NCBI GenBank assembly: GCA_016699145.1
Contig: CP064962.1
Coordinates: forward strand, 1,260,001-1,292,000
Origin: Candidatus Saccharimonadota bacterium
Lineage (GTDB): Bacteria; Patescibacteriota; Gracilibacteria; UBA1369; 2-02-FULL-48-14
Direction: 5' to 3'
Length of the DNA: 32,000 bases
Shown here: positions 1-8,795 of the stretch, in pieces
Layout of the letters: each line of letters begins with the position of its first letter
Numbering within the stretch: position 1 is the first letter of the stretch
The notes under the pieces: model-generated
Databases searched by the model: none
What the model saw: the letters and a program-made list of their open reading frames with translations, nothing else
Told to the model about the DNA's origin: nothing
Program-made: the position numbers and the translations under genes

Positions 1-434
1 TAGCCATAATTTGGATCAGAGGTGCCCTCTCCAACAACATCAAAAACTGCCGCTCCACATACCCTTAAAGGAATTTTATTGACCTGCTTCATGTAAATAT
101 ATTGGCATCTGGCCTCAGCTTCATCTTGTTGATCATTACACTCAGCACTCCCTCCTTCTTCTCGTTGACAGTCATTTGCATCTACTTCAGCTCCGAGAAA
201 GCATGAATTGTAAAAGTTGTTTGCTTGACTCCAAGAATACTGCATTTCTCCTGTATGGGCATCTACAGGACAAACAGTCGCCACATCTTGAATGGCAGTG
301 TCTTCTGAATTTGACCCCTTACATCCTGCTAAAGCAGCCAAAATTGCGCCTCCTTTAAAAAGGTGTGAGGCTAACTTTGCAGAAGCTGAGACCCCTGTAT
401 TTAATGCATTCAAAGCGGATTTAGGAAATTCCAT
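1..434 (-). CDS. putative lipoprotein, partial (3' end runs off the window start)
   Basis: This ORF is absent from the track because it is open to the window edge. My minus-strand translation from the ATG at 434-432 gives MEFPKSALNALNTGVSASAKLASHLFKGGAILAALAGCKGSNSED... This is a signal peptide ending in a lipobox-like L-A-G-C, followed by a Cys-rich acidic region. I saw no stop through position 1. Confidence 0.5.
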   Translation of the reverse strand, partial: MEFPKSALNALNTGVSASAKLASHLFKGGAILAALAGCKGSNSEDTAIQDVATVCPVDAHTGEMQYSWSQANNFYNSCFLGAEVDANDCQREEGGSAECNDQQDEAEARCQYIYMKQVNKIPLRVCGAAVFDVVGEGTSDPNYG

Positions 435-513
435 ATTAGGATAGGTTAAAAGCCATATATACAATACTTTATATATTTAGTCAAATTACAACGGCAGAAA
501 TTTAAAAAAATTC

Positions 514-590
514 TGGTGGGCGATAATGGACTCGAACCATCGACCTCCACAATGTCAATGTGGCGCTCTAACCAGCTGAGCTAACCGCCC
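514..590 (-). tRNA. tRNA-Val (anticodon GAC), CCA encoded
   Basis: The reverse complement folds as GGGCGGT-TA-GCTC-AGCTGGTTA-GAGC-G-CCACA-TTGACAT-TGTGG-AGGTC-GATGG-TTCGAGT-CCATT-ATCGCCC-A-CCA. This is a full cloverleaf with U33 and GAC at positions 34-36. Confidence 0.85.
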
Positions 591-723
591 ACAGAGGTCT
601 TTTCGTGCCCATCAGCAAGCGCTAATGAAGCGCAGCCATACTAGAGACTATCTCAAGAAAAGGCCAGAGTATTTAGGACGGCACTGACTCCGTGCCCATC
701 TTTTCCCTTTTTTGCCTTAGCCT

Positions 724-1923
724 CTACTCAACAATCGAGATCCCGGCAAGTTCACCGGTTTTCACCTGTTCGGCGCTGGACGCTTCCAAGGCTTCTAAAA
801 TCTCTGAAAAACTGAGCTCAGGATCTTGCATGAGCAAACGCGCCACCGCAGCAGTCACAAAGGCCGTTGCTTGAGAAGTGCCACTTTTATAACCGTATTC
901 ATTGCCTGGCAAAGAAGATTTCACGCGATAGCCATAAGCCGCCACATCCACCCAATTGCCATAATTGGAACTGGGCATCTGATGTCCCCCCGCATCCACA
1001 CTGCCCACCGCCAAGCTTTGAGCATAACTGGCAGGGTAAAAGCCCACATCTTTCCCTGAATTGCCAGCAGCGGAAACCACAATGATTCCCTGGTCGTAAG
1101 CCTTAGCGATCAAATTTTCCAAGGCATAAGAAGACGTGCTCAGGCCAAAACTGGCATTCACCACTGTAACGCCGTCTTGCATGGCTTTTGAAAAAGCCTC
1201 CAAAACGTTCGAAAGTTTGCCTCCTTTGCTGTCCACTATCTTATAAGGAACCAGGCTCACCCCTGGCGCATGAGCGGCAATGATGCCCGCAATATGGGTG
1301 CCATGACCCACATCATCCACCATGGTTTCGTCGTCCTTCAAGGTGTTCCACCCTTTTTGTATGGAAACATCTGCAAAAATCTCATGCCCCTCATCCACTC
1401 CACTGTCAATCACCGCCACCACCACTTCATTCAAAGGCTCCGAACTCAAGGCCACTGGCTGCGAAGCCATTGGATTCAGTTCCCACTCATAAACGGGGCT
1501 TTCCAAGCTCACTTCCTGATCCAATTCCACATGAGCAAATTCGGGAATGCTGCGCGCATATTGATCTGCAATTTCAGCTAATTTTTCATCCGAAAGCGGG
1601 TCTTGAGGCTGTAAAAGCAGCAAATGCTCTTCTTCCTTTAAACTGACCACGAGCCCTTTATTGTCCTTTTTTTCTTGCACAGGGATCAAGGCATCCGCCT
1701 TATAAAGCTCTGCAATCAGAGCAGATTCACTTTCTTTATCGATGAGCAAATCCTCCACATTCATCTGATACTGGTAATTGAGCGTGCGCAAAGCTTTGAG
1801 TGAATTCAATTCGAAAAGCTCGCTGCGGGGATGAATTTGAGCATCCAAAAGGGTCAAACCCAGGGCGAGTCCAACGGCTAAAGTGACCGGGATATAAGAG
1901 AGAAGTTGAGAGCGTGAAAGCAT
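724..1923 (-). CDS. subtilisin-like serine peptidase (S8 family) with N-terminal membrane anchor or signal
   Basis: The catalytic triad motifs are VAVIDSGVD (Asp), HGTHIAGIIAA (His) and GTSQATAFVTAA (Ser). The N-terminus is hydrophobic (SYIPVTLAVGLALGLTLL). Confidence 0.85.
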   Translation of the reverse strand: MLSRSQLLSYIPVTLAVGLALGLTLLDAQIHPRSELFELNSLKALRTLNYQYQMNVEDLLIDKESESALIAELYKADALIPVQEKKDNKGLVVSLKEEEHLLLLQPQDPLSDEKLAEIADQYARSIPEFAHVELDQEVSLESPVYEWELNPMASQPVALSSEPLNEVVVAVIDSGVDEGHEIFADVSIQKGWNTLKDDETMVDDVGHGTHIAGIIAAHAPGVSLVPYKIVDSKGGKLSNVLEAFSKAMQDGVTVVNASFGLSTSSYALENLIAKAYDQGIIVVSAAGNSGKDVGFYPASYAQSLAVGSVDAGGHQMPSSNYGNWVDVAAYGYRVKSSLPGNEYGYKSGTSQATAFVTAAVARLLMQDPELSFSEILEALEASSAEQVKTGELAGISIVE

Positions 1924-2048
1924 GGCGTGTGACTAAATTTGGCTAGAGCTTGGCACAATATTTAAAAAAAGACTAGACAAGTTTTTCTGGATTGTATATA
2001 ATGAACACTTATTTGACATACAGTCAAATATCAAAATTACATACGGTT

Positions 2049-2090
2049 GAAGAGGGCTCTTCATGGCGTGGAGGGGGCCCTCTTTTTTTT
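2049..2090 (+). terminator. intrinsic terminator-like hairpin plus T8 tract, in an intergenic region with no upstream + strand gene
   Basis: AAGAGGGC (2050-2057) pairs with GCCCTCTT (2077-2084), and TTTTTTTT runs to 2090. The minus-strand reading has no U tract after the stem, so the element is + strand specific. Confidence 0.45.
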
Positions 2091-2135
2091 GAGTCATATT
2101 TTCGAGATGACCCAGTCAAACTCTCTTGTGCCTCC

Positions 2136-2164
2136 TCGACTTTTACGTTAAACCATGCTATACT
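2136..2164 (+). promoter_or_regulatory. sigma70-like promoter with extended -10 for the 2187 gene
   Basis: The layout is TCGACT-N17-TATACT preceded by TGC (TGCTATACT at 2156-2164). The ATG lies 22 nt downstream. Confidence 0.4.
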
Positions 2165-2186
2165 CAATAAGAAATAAAGTATACTT

Positions 2187-2879
2187 ATGGATGGAGGAGG
2201 ATTCACATACAACGGTTCAGGTTTCGTAGGAAACTTCGGTGGAGGAGGTGCTCAAGACCCTCAGGGGCAGGTTCCGCCTGCGCAGAATCCACCAGCCCAA
2301 AATCCGCCCGCCCAGAATCCGCCGGTTCAAGCAATGCCCGCTTACCCGGACTACGCTCCCCCGGCTCCGCCAAGCTACCCACAAGCCCCTATGGCAAATC
2401 AGGGGGCCGCTGCCGGCGCCACCAGTGCTGCTGCACCTTTAGCAGGAATGGGAGACCCCTACGGAGCTCAAGGGGATGGATCTCAACCCGGCTTTGATCC
2501 CAATTACAGGTTTGCTGAAAAGATGAAGAATTTCACCACCACGGTGAAATTGCCTGCGAATAGCATCAAGGTGGACGAGGCCTACTTCTTAAACCTTTTG
2601 GCAGGTTCCATTTCGCTGACTCGCGATGAAAAGAAAAAAATCGTCGATTCTTTCGATAAACTGCGTCAGGAGCAAGTGGATGAACTCATCCGAATTTTTG
2701 AAGAAGAACGCAGCAAATTCATTGAACTTTCAAGCAAACACGGGGCTCAACTCAAAAAGCTGGAAGATGAACACGCCGCCGATTGGCGCGACATTGAAAT
2801 TTCTTATACCGCTGCAACCAAAAAAGCAGAAGAAGACGCCAAAGCCGAAGCCATTCGCCAACAATTGGGCTTGAACTGA
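2187..2879 (+). CDS. hypothetical protein with a Gly/Pro/Gln-rich disordered N-terminal half and a charged helical C-terminal half
   Basis: 230-aa ORF. It carries three PAQNP repeats encoded by a 15-nt tandem repeat at about 2274-2330. The C-terminal part (LTRDEKKKIVDSFDKLRQEQVDELIRIFEEERSKF) looks coiled-coil-like. I recognise no family. Confidence 0.55.
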   Translation: MDGGGFTYNGSGFVGNFGGGGAQDPQGQVPPAQNPPAQNPPAQNPPVQAMPAYPDYAPPAPPSYPQAPMANQGAAAGATSAAAPLAGMGDPYGAQGDGSQPGFDPNYRFAEKMKNFTTTVKLPANSIKVDEAYFLNLLAGSISLTRDEKKKIVDSFDKLRQEQVDELIRIFEEERSKFIELSSKHGAQLKKLEDEHAADWRDIEISYTAATKKAEEDAKAEAIRQQLGLN

Positions 2880-2894
2880 AGCGTGTGAAGCTCC

Positions 2895-4325
2895 CTAATA
2901 CGCCCTTGCAAAGTACACCATGGTGTCGGTTTCTTTACCTGTAAAAATGCACTTGGCAGGTTTGGCCAACTTCTCTTCTGAGATCACTCGAATCGTGGCT
3001 TTGCTTTGTTCTTGAATCTTTTTTTCGTCCAATTCCGTTCCGGCCCAAGCAGCTTTCACAAAACCTCCTTTTTCGTCGAGGATTTTCACCAGTTCATCCA
3101 GATCAGACGCTTCAAAAATATGAGCGGCCAAATGCGCTTCTGCACGAGCCAGCATTTCCACTTGAATGAGTTCCAGTAAAGAGGGCACCTGCCCAGTCAC
3201 TTCTGTTAGGGGGAAGCTCTTTTTTTCACCCGTGTCGCGTCGCGCCAAGATGCAAGTGCCTGCGGCCAAATCGCGAGGGCCCACCTCAATGCGCAAGGGA
3301 ACCCCTTTCACTTCCCATTCATTGAATTTGAAACCAGGGGTCACGGTGTCGCGAGCATCCAGCTGCACTCGCACCTGAGACTGCTCAAGTTCTTTTTGCA
3401 TTTTTTCAAACACAGAAAGCACGGCTGCACGTTCCTCTTCAGTCTTATAAATCGGAATCAAAACCACTTGATGTGGAGCCACTTTCGGAGGCAGCACAAG
3501 CCCTTTTTCATCGCCATGACACACGATCAAGGTTCCAATGATGCGGGTCGAAAGACCCCAAGAGGTTTGCCAAACATATTGTTTTTCGCCTTTTTCATCT
3601 TGGAATTGAATGTCAAAAGTCTTTGCAAAAGTTTGCCCCAAAAGGTGAGAGGTTCCCGCTTGAATCACTTTTCCATCTCTGGCTAAGGCCTCGGTCGTGA
3701 GCGTGTAATCGGCTCCTGCAAAGGTTTCTTTAGGGGATTTTTTGCCTGTCAAAACCGGCAAAGCCAAAAAATCTTTGTCAAAATTTTGATACATAGTGAG
3801 GGCTCGCAGCACTTCCGCTTCAGCTTCTTCTTTCGTAGCGTGGGCGGTGTGTCCTTCTTGCCACAAAAACTCCGTGGTTCTCAAAAAAGGACGCGTGCGC
3901 ATTTCCCAACGCACCACATTGGCCCATTGGTTGATGCGCAGGGGAAGGTCCCGGTGACTTTGTACCCAACCTGAAAAGGCATCGTACATGATGGTTTCAG
4001 AAGTAGGACGCACAATCAAAGGTTCCGCCAAAAGCTGCCCTCCACCATGAGTCACGACGGCGCATTCGGGCGCAAATCCTTCCAGATGATCTTTCTCTTT
4101 GTTGAGTAAACTTTGAGGGATGAACATCGGAAAGTACATGTTTTGCACTCCCGCCCCTTTGATGAGTCGGTCCAGCTCACGTTGAATGTTTTCCCAAATC
4201 GCATACCCGTAAGGTCGTATGATCATGCAGCCCTTCACTCGACTGTGCTGAGCGAGGTCCGCCAAGTTCACCACATCTTGGTACCATTGAGAGAAATCTT
4301 GAGCCTGAGAAGCGATTTTTGCCAT
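2895..4325 (-). CDS. proS: prolyl-tRNA synthetase, archaeal/eukaryotic-type class II
   Basis: 476 aa. The N-terminus (DFSQWYQDVVNLADLAQHSRVKGCMIIRPYGYAIWENIQ) and overall length are typical of the short ProRS form lacking the INS editing domain. The class II core and the C-terminal YFARAY are also typical. Confidence 0.85.
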   Translation of the reverse strand: MAKIASQAQDFSQWYQDVVNLADLAQHSRVKGCMIIRPYGYAIWENIQRELDRLIKGAGVQNMYFPMFIPQSLLNKEKDHLEGFAPECAVVTHGGGQLLAEPLIVRPTSETIMYDAFSGWVQSHRDLPLRINQWANVVRWEMRTRPFLRTTEFLWQEGHTAHATKEEAEAEVLRALTMYQNFDKDFLALPVLTGKKSPKETFAGADYTLTTEALARDGKVIQAGTSHLLGQTFAKTFDIQFQDEKGEKQYVWQTSWGLSTRIIGTLIVCHGDEKGLVLPPKVAPHQVVLIPIYKTEEERAAVLSVFEKMQKELEQSQVRVQLDARDTVTPGFKFNEWEVKGVPLRIEVGPRDLAAGTCILARRDTGEKKSFPLTEVTGQVPSLLELIQVEMLARAEAHLAAHIFEASDLDELVKILDEKGGFVKAAWAGTELDEKKIQEQSKATIRVISEEKLAKPAKCIFTGKETDTMVYFARAY

Positions 4326-4353
4326 GCAGTAAGGAAAGTGTGCTCAGTCTAGT

Positions 4354-4638
4354 CTACTCAATCTGAACCCCTTCTGACAAGGACTTGATTTTAATATTGT
4401 CGGGCAAGGTGGGAATGGTGGGGGACCACACGGGCCACATTTTGATTTCCACTTGATTCACTTCAGGCAAGTTTTGAATGTAAGCCTCGGCTTCTTCAAT
4501 GGCTTTCCCGGCAATGTGCTCTTTGATTTTTTTAGCAAGTTCCTCTCCTCCTTCCAAATCGGCATCGATTTCATATTCCTCCACACCTTGAATTTGCGCC
4601 GTGATTTTATAACGATTGGCAGCTAAATCAGCCTCCAA
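4354..4638 (-). CDS. hypothetical protein (94 aa, TTG start), possibly the C-terminal part of the upstream 488-aa ORF
   Basis: It overlaps the upstream ORF by 16 nt and lies in the -1 frame relative to it. See the finding on the 4623-4670 frame junction. Confidence 0.4.
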   Translation of the reverse strand: MEADLAANRYKITAQIQGVEEYEIDADLEGGEELAKKIKEHIAGKAIEEAEAYIQNLPEVNQVEIKMWPVWSPTIPTLPDNIKIKSLSEGVQIE

Positions 4639-6089
4639 AGGCTCAAACTGATGGAATCCTTGTCCACAGAAATGAGTTGCTTACCCGGGGTTTCCACAGC
4701 CAAAATCTGCGTTTTTAAAATCTCATAAAGGGCATCGGAATCGTAGGCCACTCCTGAAAGACTCACGGTTCCCGTCACCTCAAACGTTTCTGCTTCCTGA
4801 CCAATGAGCTCGTAAGGTAAAGTGGCGTTCACCGCTCCAAATTGCAAAGCGGAGGCGTCTTCGAGCAGTTTAAGATTCAAACCTTTGGAATTGCCCAAAC
4901 CCAGCACTTCTTTACGCAAATTCGCCAACACTTTTTCTTGAATAGCGGTTTCCAATTGAGCTTGAGCCGCCAAAAGATCTTCCTCCGTCACACGAGCAAT
5001 GATTTCAGAAGTGCCCCCACTCATGGCCGTGCTGCTCTGGGCATAAACTTTTTCACGATTTTCTTCAAGCAAAGCCGGTAAAAAGAAGTCGCTCGGACCG
5101 ATGTTTCCTCTTTCACCCACAGCCAGGCCATTGGCATCCACCGTGTCTGCAACCACATACACCTCCACTTTTCCAGGACTTTCAAGCTTACCTGCAGGGA
5201 CCACTACATCTTCTTGCAATCGGAACACAATCCCTTCCTGAGTTTGGAAACGAGTTTGTTGGATCAAAGGTTGTTCTACATTCCCAACATTGAAAATGGT
5301 CAAATATCCAGCCGCATTGGCCCCTCGATTTTCAATGCCCGTCGCGGCGTGACTCACCGTTTCTTCCACCTCGGTTTCTATGGGGTAAGCCGTCAAACTT
5401 TTGCCATCGTCTTCAGGGGAGGGGTCCAAAGTGACGTTCACTCCTTTGCTCACCACATCAGCAGTGGGTTCAATGATGATGGTGGCTCCAGGTAAAGCGA
5501 CGTAAATCACTACAAAAAACACCAAAGCGCTCGCCAGCAGAAAAGTCACCAACCACTTCTTTTTTCCAGGACTCAAACGGATGGGTTGATGTTCCAGGCG
5601 ATTTTTTTTAATGTCCACCAAATAAGAGCGCAGTGAAAAACCTTTGTCTTTGTGCTTCATGTCTCGCACCACCTCAAAAATGGAGGCTTTTCTTTTGGGT
5701 AAACGGGAGGGTAGGTTTTCCTCCACGTCGTTTTGAGTCGCCGCAATGGGTTTGAGCAAAGCGGAATTGGGGTCTCGCTCTTCTTTTTCTATTGAAATCT
5801 CATTGCCCAAATCCCACTGATCAAACACCTTGAGTTCCGCTTGAAGCGCAAGTTTCATCCCATTGGGATCATTAGTGATGATGGCAATGCTTTTTTCGAT
5901 TTCTTCGAGTTTTTGTTTCAGAATTTTTAAATTCACGACACTTTGCAAAAGCACGGCACGCTTCGGCACTACCAAATAAATTTCTTTGTAAGGCAACTTT
6001 TCAAGTTTGGTGAAAACACCCGTGATTTCTTCGTCGATTTGGACGAAAAGGATCTTTTTTTTGGAAACTTTTTTGATGGAATCACTCAT
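4623..6089 (-). CDS. hypothetical membrane protein (one TM helix, large extracytoplasmic domain)
   Basis: 488-aa ORF immediately downstream of ftsA. The TM segment is WLVTFLLASALVFFVVIYVAL. I recognise no family. Confidence 0.6.
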   Translation of the reverse strand: MSDSIKKVSKKKILFVQIDEEITGVFTKLEKLPYKEIYLVVPKRAVLLQSVVNLKILKQKLEEIEKSIAIITNDPNGMKLALQAELKVFDQWDLGNEISIEKEERDPNSALLKPIAATQNDVEENLPSRLPKRKASIFEVVRDMKHKDKGFSLRSYLVDIKKNRLEHQPIRLSPGKKKWLVTFLLASALVFFVVIYVALPGATIIIEPTADVVSKGVNVTLDPSPEDDGKSLTAYPIETEVEETVSHAATGIENRGANAAGYLTIFNVGNVEQPLIQQTRFQTQEGIVFRLQEDVVVPAGKLESPGKVEVYVVADTVDANGLAVGERGNIGPSDFFLPALLEENREKVYAQSSTAMSGGTSEIIARVTEEDLLAAQAQLETAIQEKVLANLRKEVLGLGNSKGLNLKLLEDASALQFGAVNATLPYELIGQEAETFEVTGTVSLSGVAYDSDALYEILKTQILAVETPGKQLISVDKDSISLSLWRLI

Positions 6090-6112
6090 GGCGTGAGTCG
6101 GCGATTTTGAGG

Positions 6113-7366
6113 TTAAACTTGCATCAAGCGCACCACTTTTTGCAACATTTTGGTCAATATTTTTTCCTCAGTCATGATCTCCATTCCAATGCTGGCCAAC
6201 GCAATGGGAGTGATGTCTTGAGGCGAATCCAAGATCTGTGTCTGATCTTTTATGTGGGACACATGCTTGGGCAAGAGGTATTTGATTTGAGGCTTGCGCG
6301 GAAATTTGAGTTTTTTATACCAATCGGAATTCTCCAGCCCGTCCTTAAGCAAAGGGAGCAGAGATCCACCTCCACAAAGATAGACGGTTGGGGGCAGGGA
6401 ATCAATGTCCAAAAATTCCTGCAAAGAAAAGTAAACCCCCGAAAGCCACACTTCCACATCACTGCCCAAGGCTTTTTCCACAATGCTGTGAGATTGATGT
6501 TCGAGTTGATTGTTTGAGAAAGCGAGTTTCACATCCTCGGCTTCGTCATGAGAAATATTCAAAGCCTGGGCCAGGCGTTTGGTGAAAGAACGGCCTCCAA
6601 TGTTGAACATCTTGGTTCCGATCACACTTCCATCTTGCACAATCGTGAGATCCGTCGTGGCTCCCCCAATGTCCATAAACACGCCGCTGTACCCTTGCAG
6701 TTCAGTGCCGCCCAAAAGACGACCCACTGCATAAGGTTCGGCCATAATAGCTAAAAGCTCTTTGTCCATTTCGGCACAAATCGTCTGTAAGGCTCCAAAA
6801 TGAACCAGCGGGGAAAAGGCATTGAACACGCTCATCATGACTTCACGACCTTGAAAACCGATGGGATTGGACACTTTATAGCCGTCGATGCGCGTGTCCA
6901 CAATAGCGGCATGCACCAGCTTCACATCGATCTCGTTATAACCTGTTTCATAGGCCAGATCGCTGCGCACTTTTTCAAAGGCTTTCCACTGCACTTTGTG
7001 GACAATATTTTTGAGTTCTTCTTGATGAATTTTGGATCCGGGGTCACGTCGCTTATAGGTGATGGTGGAAGTTGCTCCCTTGATGAGTTCCCCGGCAACA
7101 CCAAAGATCATTTGGGTCGGAGTCGCTCCCGCCATCCGTTCGGCTTCGCGCATGGCCAGATGACAGTTTTCAATCACTCCGGCAATGTCTGTAATGGTGC
7201 CGCTTTCCATCTCGCGAGGGTTCTGTTTTTTGATGCCACGCCCCAAAATTTCCACGTCTTTGCCTTGCGCCAAACAAACGAGCGATTTCACATTTTCCGT
7301 CCCAATGTCTAGGACGGTGAACAGGCGTTCGCGTTTTGTGCTGAGTGGGTTCCTTAAGCCAAACAT
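6113..7366 (-). CDS. ftsA: actin-like ATPase, cell division protein FtsA-like (FtsA/PilM family)
   Basis: The motifs are phosphate-1 LDIGTENVKSLV, phosphate-2 FMDIGGATTDLTIV and adenosine YLCGGGSLLP. Confidence 0.7.
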   Translation of the reverse strand: MFGLRNPLSTKRERLFTVLDIGTENVKSLVCLAQGKDVEILGRGIKKQNPREMESGTITDIAGVIENCHLAMREAERMAGATPTQMIFGVAGELIKGATSTITYKRRDPGSKIHQEELKNIVHKVQWKAFEKVRSDLAYETGYNEIDVKLVHAAIVDTRIDGYKVSNPIGFQGREVMMSVFNAFSPLVHFGALQTICAEMDKELLAIMAEPYAVGRLLGGTELQGYSGVFMDIGGATTDLTIVQDGSVIGTKMFNIGGRSFTKRLAQALNISHDEAEDVKLAFSNNQLEHQSHSIVEKALGSDVEVWLSGVYFSLQEFLDIDSLPPTVYLCGGGSLLPLLKDGLENSDWYKKLKFPRKPQIKYLLPKHVSHIKDQTQILDSPQDITPIALASIGMEIMTEEKILTKMLQKVVRLMQV

Positions 7367-7421
7367 GGCGCTAGTGTAACGAAAAAAATCAAAATCAAAG
7401 AATCAGAAAACGCTAAAAGAA

Positions 7422-7449
7422 TTGACAGAAGTGAATAAAATTGTAATAC
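7422..7449 (+). promoter_or_regulatory. sigma70-like promoter for the 7459 gene, giving a near-leaderless geometry
   Basis: The layout is TTGACA (7422-7427)-N16-TAATAC (7444-7449) with TG immediately upstream. The ATG at 7459 lies only 9 nt after the hexamer. Confidence 0.45.
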
Positions 7450-7458
7450 TTTCAAAGT

Positions 7459-8064
7459 ATGGCTGAAAATAGTGACAATCTGGGAATGGGAGATGGGGTT
7501 GAATATACCGGGGACTTACAACCGGATTTTGCTGAAGTCGAAAGGACGGAAAGTGAAAGCAATGGAGATAAACTTACTCTGGGAGCCGATGAAGGAGATT
7601 TAATGAGCGATCTGGAACCACAGCCCGAAGAGGATGCATTCTGGTTCCCAGGATGTAAGCCAAGTGAAATGCCATACGAATGGGGAACTCAGTCAAATGT
7701 AGAAGGAATCATTTTAATTTTTCGAGGAGACATAAAGAGTATAGAAGGAATTCGCCATTTTATAGAGGAAAATGTTTCAGATATAAAGCAAGATGTTCCA
7801 GAAGGAAAAAATGAAAGATGCATTCCAGATGAAAAATGTAAGGTAGAAATTTCAGGGGATGAAATAAGGCTAAGAATTCCCCAAGGTAGATTTGAAGTGG
7901 ATGAAGTCAAAAGAAGGGTAAAAGTACGTTTGCCCAAAAGAGTAGTAAAAGTAGTAGAAACAGCAGATGGAAGGACGGAAATAAAAGACTCTCCATATTT
8001 TTTAGTCAATGGGCACTCCGTCTGGGCCTACAACGCTCGAATCTTCTGGACAAACTCACGCTAG
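7459..8064 (+). CDS. hypothetical protein with an acidic N-terminus
   Basis: 201-aa ORF with its own promoter. The middle section is visibly more AT-rich than neighbouring genes. I recognise no family. Confidence 0.5.
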   Translation: MAENSDNLGMGDGVEYTGDLQPDFAEVERTESESNGDKLTLGADEGDLMSDLEPQPEEDAFWFPGCKPSEMPYEWGTQSNVEGIILIFRGDIKSIEGIRHFIEENVSDIKQDVPEGKNERCIPDEKCKVEISGDEIRLRIPQGRFEVDEVKRRVKVRLPKRVVKVVETADGRTEIKDSPYFLVNGHSVWAYNARIFWTNSR

Positions 8065-8072
8065 AATTTTCT

Positions 8073-8100
8073 TTGAAAAGGCGGCTGTTTTTGCTACAAT
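8073..8100 (+). promoter_or_regulatory. sigma70-like promoter with extended -10 for the BI-1/YccA-family gene
   Basis: The layout is TTGAAA (8073-8078)-N16-TACAAT (8095-8100), preceded by TGC (TGCTACAAT). Confidence 0.45.
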
Positions 8101-8124
8101 GCCCTCATCTTCACCCTCAATCTG

Positions 8125-8795
8125 ATGAACACCAAGGAAGCAAGTCTTACAAGAACCCAATCAAGTACCTTCATTTCTAAAGTGATGTCTCTTTTTGGCC
8201 TTTCTCTTTTGGTTTCAGGTTTGGGAGTCTATGCGGGCATGCATTATGGCATTCAATACTTTTCTGCCAATCCAGCGGCCATTTGGCTGTGTTTTGGAGT
8301 GGAGTTGGTGCTGATTTTCACTTCTCGAATGTGGTCCAAAATCGAACCGCTCAACTATCTACTTTTTGCCGCTTTCACTTTCATCAGTGGAGTGACTTTG
8401 GTACCCCTCATCCTTTCTTTTGCCATCGAATTCCAGGGTATGACCTCATTTACAGCTCCCTATTCTCAGCCACAGCCACTTTTGGAGCCGCCGCTCTCTT
8501 GGGTTACACCACTCAAAAATCGCTCGCCGGATTTTCGGGTTTTCTCTTTATGAGCCTCATTGGACTGCTGGTCGTGAGCATAGGAGGCATCTTCTTTCCT
8601 TGGGGAAACACCACCGAAATGATCGTTTCTGGCTTTGGAGTTTTGCTTTTTGCAGGCTATGCCGCCGTAGACATGAACCGTCTTCGTGACTATCCCGAGG
8701 ATGAGTACATCAATGCAGCCATCGCTCTCTACCTCGACTTTTTCAACCTTTTTATTTACATTCTTCGCTTCACGAGTGCCCTCTCACGCGATTAA
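8125..8795 (+). pseudogene. BAX inhibitor-1/YccA-family membrane protein, reading frame broken near 8436-8450
   Basis: ORF 8125-8553 carries the N-terminal TM helices up to ...LILSFAIEFQG. ORF 8283-8795, in the -1 frame, continues with YDLIYSSLFSATATFGAAALLGYTTQKSLAGFSGFLFMSLIG...YLDFFNLFIYILRF. Joined, they form one typical roughly 220-aa BI-1-family protein. Confidence 0.7.

Noticed and set aside
658-670. A 13-nt exact repeat, AAAAGGCCAGAGT, also present at 12406-12418.
   Set aside because: Over both strands of a 32-kb window, several 13-nt coincidences are expected by chance. The flanks show no further similarity.
1992-2212. 61-aa and 62-aa ORFs in the protease / 2187-gene intergenic region.
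   Set aside because: The region is better explained by promoter elements, a hairpin and an intrinsic terminator. The ORFs cross those elements and overlap each other on opposite strands.
6800-7312. 170-aa + strand ORF inside ftsA. Similar antisense or shadow ORFs lie inside proS, sufB, sufC, sufS, sufD, the rsmB-like gene and the NTase (for example 3396-3686, 15057-15503, 16509-16883, 17348-17644, 23289-23705).
   Set aside because: Each lies entirely within a confidently identified gene on the opposite strand. Their compositions are skewed (His/Phe/Arg-rich) and show no motifs.
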